A DNA stretch of 64,000 nucleotides from Chitinophagaceae bacterium. Lineage in GTDB: Bacteria; Bacteroidota; Bacteroidia; Chitinophagales; Chitinophagaceae. Positions within the stretch are counted from its first letter, which is position 1; every line of letters begins with the position of its first letter. This document shows, piece after piece, positions 9,427-18,400 of this stretch. Location: contig JAIXOJ010000031.1 of assembly GCA_027486835.1 (NCBI GenBank), positions 23,937-87,936 on the forward strand. Direction: 5' to 3'. Both the position numbers and the translations under genes were made by a program. The notes under the pieces were generated by a model. It was not told the origin of the DNA. It did no database searches and was given only the letters and a program-made list of their open reading frames with translations.

Positions 9427-12400
9427 ATGAAAGTGATGTTTACACGCTTGCTCGTATTGTTGTGTTGCCTCTATGCCACTAATGTTGTTGCCCAATATTA
9501 TCCTGGTGGAATGTCCAAGAGCAAAATAAATCTATGGTTCGATGCATCAGACACGGCCACGTTAACCAAGTCTTCTGGTCTAATTACGTCATGGAAGGAT
9601 AAAAGCAACAACTTATCTGCTGCACAAGCGACTACTTCTAGACAGCCAATATTAACCAGCCTCAACGGAAAAAATATTGTGGAGTTTAACGGCACTCAGG
9701 GGCTAGACATTGCTTACAATTCATTGCTAGTGCCAAACCAAGGATTTAACGTTGCACAAGTCTTGTATGTGTATGCAGATGCACCAACGAATGTGACCGA
9801 TTTTAGATCTGGTACTTTTTCCACCAATTCGGGCAACACGGGTTCGCCCTACATTGGCGTTCGGTATGTGGTAGTAGATGGTAAATACGAAATTGCTGCC
9901 AACAGAAACAATACAGGATACTATTACAGCCAATACGAAGACCTAAGAGGTAAATGGGCAATGGCCTCCACGACCTGTAATGCGGCAAACAGTAAGGTTA
10001 ATTTTTACTATAACGGTGCAGGTACCTTAAGTAGTACCGTTAGTGGTTATGTGAATAACAATACTGGGGGGGCTATTGGCAATCGGTTTGGTAATTATTC
10101 AGCCATTCATTGGGGGGTAAGCGAAACAGTTTTGGCGGGTTATGATGCCAAAAATTCTGGAAGAAGAATCATCGATTTATACCTAGCTACCAAATGGGGT
10201 ATGCGGGATACGTTGCAAAATAGTTATGGTAACCTATATGCACCTTTAGACGGAGCTTTTACCAATAATCTAGTAGGGATAGGTATAGAAAGTGCAGGCG
10301 ATACCACCAACGAAACTGGTTCCAACAATGGCTTGGGGTTGCAAAACATCAACGGGGTAACTGGATTTCTAAGAAAAGAAGGTAGTTATGTCCTTGCAGC
10401 CGACAATGGGTTATCAGGCAATGTAACAATGGCAACTGGCATTACTCGTTGGAACAGGAGTTGGTATGTGAACAAAACCGATGTATCGGGCTACGGGGGC
10501 TTGCTAAAAATAGTATTTGATTTCACTAGTTATGGTCAGGCCAATGCACTAGATACTGTCAACAACAACTACTACCTTTTATACAATCCAACCAATGGTT
10601 ATTACAATAGCGATAGCAATTATCTAGTCACAGTAAAATCTTATCAACAAGTGGCTGGTACCAAACAACTGGCTTTTTTACTTGATGGTATTGATGTAAA
10701 AAATGGTTTTTATACCCTTGTTTATGCGCCTAAAAATGGTAGTATGGCTGCATTGCCCAATTTGGCAAGTTTTGTAGCAGCCAGTGTTTCTGTGAGTCCT
10801 TCCCCCACTATTCCATCGGTATATTCTGGAAACACCTTCAACTATGTGCAAATAGATTCATCGGCCATCACTTATCCTGTAGCTTACTATAAAATTTATG
10901 CATCCGTTAATGGGGGTACATTAACAGCAATTGATAGCACCAATGGTACTACCAACTACTATGGTCATTATAATTTAACGAATGGCAACACGTATCTGTA
11001 CAAAATAAGTGCGGTATATGCCCCAGGCAAAGAGAGTGCATTATCTGATTCTGCCATTGGCATACCCAATAACAATACGCCACAATGGCTCATTCTGCCT
11101 CAATACAGTGAATCGGGCAAAATATTTATGGCGGCAGCCGCTCCATTGTCGGGTCTTCCGCTAAAATTCTCTTTTGAAAATGTTGCTGGTGGTGGACACT
11201 CTAGCGGTTTTCAACGGGCTTCCCAGTTTACAGATTCGCTGCTAACTGATGGAAATACCTATAGCTATCGATACCGATTTATGGACACCGTAATCGGTGC
11301 TGCAAGTTTGTCTGGATGGTCCACAACCCAATCGGTACTAATGACCGATTCTATACAAGGAGGTTATACCTATAATATGACCTACCTAGACCCCACCACA
11401 CCCTTTGCTCCTTATGGCATTGGGCCAGCTAATATTCTGCCTTCTAATCAAGATGTAACAGGGTTGCGTTTTATCAAGCATGTGCCGGCTGTAGGGCAGC
11501 ATCCCCGTATATTCTGTAGCCCATCCGATTCCACAGAAATTAGGTATCGATTAAAAAATACATCTGCAGGAGTGGCCGCTTCTCGGTTTATTCATGCCTA
11601 CACAACCTTGCTTCAATTGGGTAATTCCGGCTATAACAGAAATACTTTCTATAGTAGAGATACCTTGGGTAATATCTATTTCAGCAATGTAGGGGCTACA
11701 GACAGCAAAGCACTGTATGATTCATTGGCATTAGGAGACATTGGCGTTACTAATAATTATTCGAACTTATGGGGAGGTAATTATGCAAAGATGGCCTACA
11801 ACTTTTCCCATGAAGCCATGGAATGTTGGATTTATCGTAACCAAATAGATACTGTAACCAATACTTCCTACGCTACCCGTGCTAAGAAACTAGCTACCGC
11901 ACTCACGGTTTGGGCCAAGAAAGTGGTTGCAGATAATACCATCGTACCCAATTTAAACATGAGCAATTTTGGAGGATTACACAATGCCATTGCTTATGAT
12001 TTCTTATACGATCAAATGACCAAAAATCAACAAGATACCATTCGCATGGCCATCTTAAAAACTTTGCCTGACAGCAGCAAAGAGCATGGATGTTGGGCAC
12101 CTTCTTACACCACCACTACCAACTGGGCAACTTTTGGCGGTGAAATAACTTGCAATATTGCCGTTGAAGGCGAGCCTGGGTATTCTGCTAAAGATTCAGG
12201 ATTATTAAGAGGATGGGTAAAAACCGTTTGGAATTTCTTGACGTATGGTGTTTACCCAACTGGTAATATGTATGAAGGCATTGGTAAAAATCGATTGAAT
12301 GAATTTTTGCTAATAGCGATGGCCAAAAGAGGATATAGTGTATTGGGGCATCCCAATATCAGGGCATATGCTCAAAAGTATTTACCAGCAGTGGTGCAAC

Positions 12401-15400
12401 CCTTTGGTTATTCACTTATAGGGACAGACATACTAGGCGGGACAGGAACTGGCAGCCCATCTACCGGAGGATGGAAACATACTTTCATGGATATAGGTGG
12501 CTTGAAATGGGCTTTTCCAGCAGATAGCTCAGTAGATTTTATTTGGAAAAATGTAATGCAGCGTCAATATGCAAACCAACCAGGAATTACTAATAATTAC
12601 TACGCATACAATAATACGACTTGTGCTGATAATTATGGGGCTGGTTTCAATACCCATATTCCAGGTTTGATATTTGCCTCAAACTATTTCAGTGCACCTG
12701 TAACAAGCTATGCCAAAGCGGCATTAGGTAACAACAAGTTCTATTTTGATTCATTGGGTGGGCAGGCAGTTATGCGAAGTGGTTTCGACTCAACTTCTTC
12801 TATGGTATTTTTTGCTTGTAGGCAAGACGGAGGAGGGCATACCTACGCCAATAAGAATGAAATATTATACAGTGCATTAGGTAGAATTTGGTTTCCTAGG
12901 GTTACAACCATAGCCAGTAACCAAACCGTTTTTGATGTAGTATCTACTACTCAAGTGTCCAATGCTGTTTTGGTTAACGATTTGGGTGTTTCTCCCGATA
13001 CAGGTACCTCTTGGACATCTGGAATAGTGCCAGGCAAAATGGTGCATTTCCAAAAAACCGATAGTATCATGACCATTGCTGGTGATGCTACCAAAGCCTA
13101 TAGTTACCAATGGAACAGTGGTCCATTTGGTGGGTATCTGTATGACAATCCTTTGTTGAGTCCGCCTTCAGTTACGAAAGTCACCGATTCGTGGAATAAG
13201 TATAGATACAGCCCTTACTATTCCTTTGATAACACGGTAATGTATAACAGGCTTTCCTTTACAGACAATTTTACCCCACCATATTATTATGTACGCACCG
13301 TGGAGCGGCCATATTTCAATGGATTGATGAAAAAGGTGTTTAGAACCGTTTCGCTTATTCAGGCAACCAATCCATATGTAATTGTAGCGGATGACGTGCA
13401 AAAGGACAATGCTTCTAGCAACTATAAATGGATTACCCCTATTGCACCAGACTTAAGTGTTGACACCACTTATGCAAATCTGTCCAACAATAATTATCAA
13501 TTTGATGTGGTGTTAAAAGAACCTACGGCTACAGGCAACCGAAGATTGTTGATTCGACTACTCAATGCCAACGGAGCAATAAGCAGCACCATTGCTGGTA
13601 CCATCGACTCATCTACCTACTCCGCCACAGGTTTGCGGAGGTTTAAAATGGAAGCAAATGCTGTTGACCCGCAATTTAAAGTGCTGTTGTTTCCTTTTCA
13701 AAAAGGCGATGCACTTCCAGTAACCACTTGGAGTGCCGATAAATCCAAAGTATATGTAACCAATGCGGGGGTAACAAATACCATTTCATTTAGCTTAGAC
13801 AGCGCTGGACGAACCAATATTTTGCTCAATTCCTCCGATACCGGAATCAATTGGACAGGTGCAGTAAGCAGGGCATGGCACAATACAGGTAATTGGGCAA
13901 CAGGAAAAATACCCACTGCTACAGATAATGTGGTAATTCCTTCTGTTGGCATTACCAATATGCCTTTAGTAAGTACAGCCATTGCGTATGCCAATAAAAT
14001 ATCAATACAATCTGGGGCTACATTAACCATTGATTCTGTCTTACAACTATCTGGCGATTTGACTTTATTGGGCACTATCAATGGAACAGGTACGCTGAAA
14101 ACAACCAGCAATTCTACCAACCCCATACCCGCTGGTCAAACTTGGAATGTAAATATTGAGTACAACAAAACCACGGGTCTGCAAACCTTGGTGGGAGGCA
14201 CTTATAAAGGGCTTTCTGTGAATGCTACCACTACGGGTAGCACCTTTACCGCAGCCGCCAACTTAGTAGTCAATGGGATATTGAATATAGCCAACAATAA
14301 TACCCTAAACATGGGGGCTTACACGCTGTTGGGTAGCTTCACTAATGCTACTGGAAAGGGAATTTTGCTTACCCAAAGTACCTCAAACCCTTGTTTGGCT
14401 AGTAATGTAACTTGGGCTGGGCAGGTTCAATTCAATTCATTTAGTGGACCGCAATATGTTCCGGTTGGTACTTATCAAAACCTAAACATTAACACTACTT
14501 CATTTGGAACCATCACCGCCACTGGCAATATTTCGGTTGTAGATACACTGAAATTGGCCACCAAAGCAACACTTGATTTAGGAACGAACTTATTGGGCGG
14601 AACTTTGAAAATAGTGAGTGGAAATGGTACTTTAAAAACGGCGAATACTACTTCAACCGGTGCATTACCGCCTAATGCTACTTGGGCAGGCAATGTAGTA
14701 TACTATAGTAGCAGCACACAAACAGTTGCACCTGGAACCTATGTAAGTCTCGACCTTTCAGGAGGTAACAATGGGGCAAGAATTTTAGGCGGCAGTAATT
14801 ATCCCTCAGCTACCATCAACTTAACCGGTTCTTTGGTTGCTACCACGGGTACTGTTACTCCACTGCTAACAACCGTTATTTTCAAAGGCAACCAACAAAC
14901 GGTGCCAGCTATGCAGTTTTATAACCTAGACTTGACAGGTGGTTTTGCTACTCAATTTGTAAATGCTCCAGTGTATGTAAGTAATGTATTTACGCCAGCT
15001 TCTATCACGGACGCAGGAGGAATAGGTACGATTGTTTTCAATGGAACAGGTGCGCAAAACGTTCCTTCTTTTGGATATAATGGATTAACGCTTACAAATG
15101 CTAGAACAGGTAATATATCTATTCCTAGTACTATAACCCTTACAGGTAATTTATCCCTTGCTGGTTTGTCGTTTACTAGTGGAAGTTTGTCCTTTTCTGG
15201 TAATACCATTAACATGAGCGGAACTGCAGCACAAACAATTGATGGAAATGCAGCGATTCCTTATAACAACATCAATATTACCAATACGGCTGCAAATATT
15301 ACCGCAACCACTGACATTAGTATTAATGGGGCATTAGTAATTAATTCAGGTGCAACGCTTGATATGGGCACAGGTCAGTTGTTAGGAACAAACATCACGA

Positions 15401-18400
15401 ACAATGGTACAATTCGCACACAAAACACCAGCACCAATCCAATACCTAGTGGAATTAGTTACGGTGGAACAGTTCGCTATAATAGTACAACTGGCACTCA
15501 AAATATACTGGCTACTACGTATAATAATCTTGATATTTCTGGAGGTACTACTGCGGGTAGAATTTTACCCAATGGAGGAATAATTACCATCACTGGAAAT
15601 TATACGCCCAATACCGCAGGAACGTTAACTACCACAGGTTCTACAGTTTTATTTACTGGTAGTAATGCCCAAAGCATTGCCTCTGCCACCAGTTTTGCGA
15701 ATCTGCAATTGAATAAAACCAATACTGCTACAGCTTTAACCTTTAATGGAACTGTTTCAGTAAATGGCTTGCTATCTCTCACAAGGGGAAGAATTACAAC
15801 CTCCATCTCAGCTGGGCTTATACTTGCAAGTTCAGCTACCATTAGTGGAGGAAGTAGTACAGCTTATATAGATGGGCCACTGACTAGAACTGTTGTAGTA
15901 GGTAGTAACGTATATCCTTACCCAATAGGTATTTACAACGCCTCAACTGATTATTTCTTGCCCGATACCCTCACAGCAGCATCTGCGGCAGGTAATGTTA
16001 CCATCGCCGCTTTCAATGGAAGTACAGGTGGTACACCTGATGGTACTACCGTAACTAGCATCAGCACTAATGAATATTGGCGAGTTAGTTCAAGTGTGGC
16101 AAATACTATTGGTATTACTATTACACCTATAACACTTGGTAGCAACAGAGTGATTGCTCAGGGTAGTAGTAGTAGCACACCTGCTGCCACTTATAGTTTT
16201 AAAGGTGGTGCATTCACTAACACAAGTATTAACACTACTGGATTATCACTAACTGCCAATACCAATGCCTTCCTAGTTGCTGCCGTAGCCACCCTTACAG
16301 CACCTACCATTACAGCAGTTAGTTCTTGTGTACCATTAATTGCTGCGAATAATTTCTTTGCAAGGGATACTATAAATATAACAGGTACAGGCTTTGAAAG
16401 CGGAAGCGTGGTAACAGTAGGCGGTCAACCTGCCACTGTAGTATCTAATGCTGGTGTACCAACTACCCTTCGGGTTTTGGTTAGTGGTTCTGCTGCAACC
16501 AATATCATCACCGTGAGTAATGGTGGAGGCACCACTACTAGTGCAATAGCTACTTTAATTCCTGGTTATGCCACCAGAAACGATGGTTCTTGGAATACAG
16601 GAAGCACCTGGTTAGGTGGTGCTGTGCCTCCCGTAAACAATGCAGTTACAATCAGTAATACGCTTACGCTTGCAAGCAGTGTAGTTAATATTGGCAACAT
16701 GACGATTAACAGTAGCGCTTCAGTAAGTGCAGGAGGTATTGGTATGACCTTTAACGCGGGCATTACCATCACCAATAACGGCGCTTTTAGCTCTAGCAAT
16801 ACAGTTACTTTTAATGGTGTTGCTACTATTTCGGGTATTAATGCCATCACTTTTAATAACGTAACTACGGCGAGTGCATTAACATTTACAACTGCACCAA
16901 CTATCAATGGAAATTTAACCCTCAATAGTGGAGCATCCATTTTAGGCAATAGTCCTACTTACGGAGGAAGTGCTACGCTAGCTTACAATACGGGTGCTAC
17001 TACCCAAGTAGGTGTTGAATGGGCTGCTGGTTTAGCAAGCGGTGCAGGTGTACCACAAAACGTAACCATCGGTGCTGCTGTAGGCAATACAGTAGTTAGT
17101 TTCGGAACATCAAATACTTATCGACAGCTTAATGGCGCGCTCACTATCAGTGCAGCTACTACGGGAAATGGATTGATTTTGAGTACCGTAAGTGGGGGAG
17201 ATTTAAGAGTAGCAGGTGCAAGTGGTATTTCCGCCACACAAACTGCCACCAACGCTTATGGAAATGTGCCAGGTGGATTGGTTTGCAATGGCAGAATGGT
17301 CTTTTTCGTAGCTGCATCTGGAGCTCAATCACTTACAGGGCCTGCAACTGGTAATCCTTTGTCGCTAGATTACCTAACCATTGGTACAAATAGTTCTTCA
17401 ACCAACTCTATTAATATCGGTAGTGATTTGGCTATCACAGCTATTAATGGTGGAGCCCCTATTATTCAAACCAATTTACCTACAAGTTCAGTATCTGGTG
17501 GCACTTATATCAATGCCAACAATTCAGCGGTGTCCACTAGGAATGTAACCTTGGGTACTGTTGGGCAAACTTGTACGGGTACGGCCTATATAAGAGGGGG
17601 TGGAAGCAATCCAGCAAGCGTAACAATTAATGGAAACGGTACAGGAACTTTAAACTTAAATATCGACTTCGGCGGAGGCAACTCCAATGTAAATACCCTT
17701 ACTATTAGTAACGCCAATGTGGCTTTAGCCGCAGCCTTAACCGTGAAAGGTGCATTCAATCTTAATAGTGGAAGTTTCGATGTAGGTGCATTTAGTTTTT
17801 CGCCTAATAGCACATCCACTATCGGCGGAACGCTTAATTTATCATCCGTTACTGGCACAAAAACTTTCACCGGATTGGTTACTATCAACAGTGGCGGAAT
17901 TTGGAATAATACTGGAAATTCAGCAGTTACTTTCCAAGGGGGCATTACCAACAATGGCACATTCAATGCTGGCACTGGTACGCAAACCTTTAATACCAAT
18001 AACCAAGCATTAGCGGGTACAATCACTTGTGCTAATCTAACTGTTACCAGTCCTACTGTGCTTACCAATAATGGTACACTCACCGTTTCTACTGCACTTT
18101 CTGGTACGGGTACACTAACACAAGGGGTGTCTGATGTGCTCAACTTAAATGGTACTTATACGATAACCACTATAAATGCAACAGCTACAGACAATACCGT
18201 CAATTTCAATGGTGCTGCTGCGCAAACCATACCTGCCAATAGTTACTACCATTTGGGTATTGGTGGCACAAGAAACAATAATACCAATGTTACGCTTGCC
18301 AGCGGCACCATCAACATTGCCGGTAATTATACCCGTACTGCTGTGTTTAGTGGTACGGGCAAGTTGGATGCTGCAACTGGTACCCTTGTTTTTAACGGTA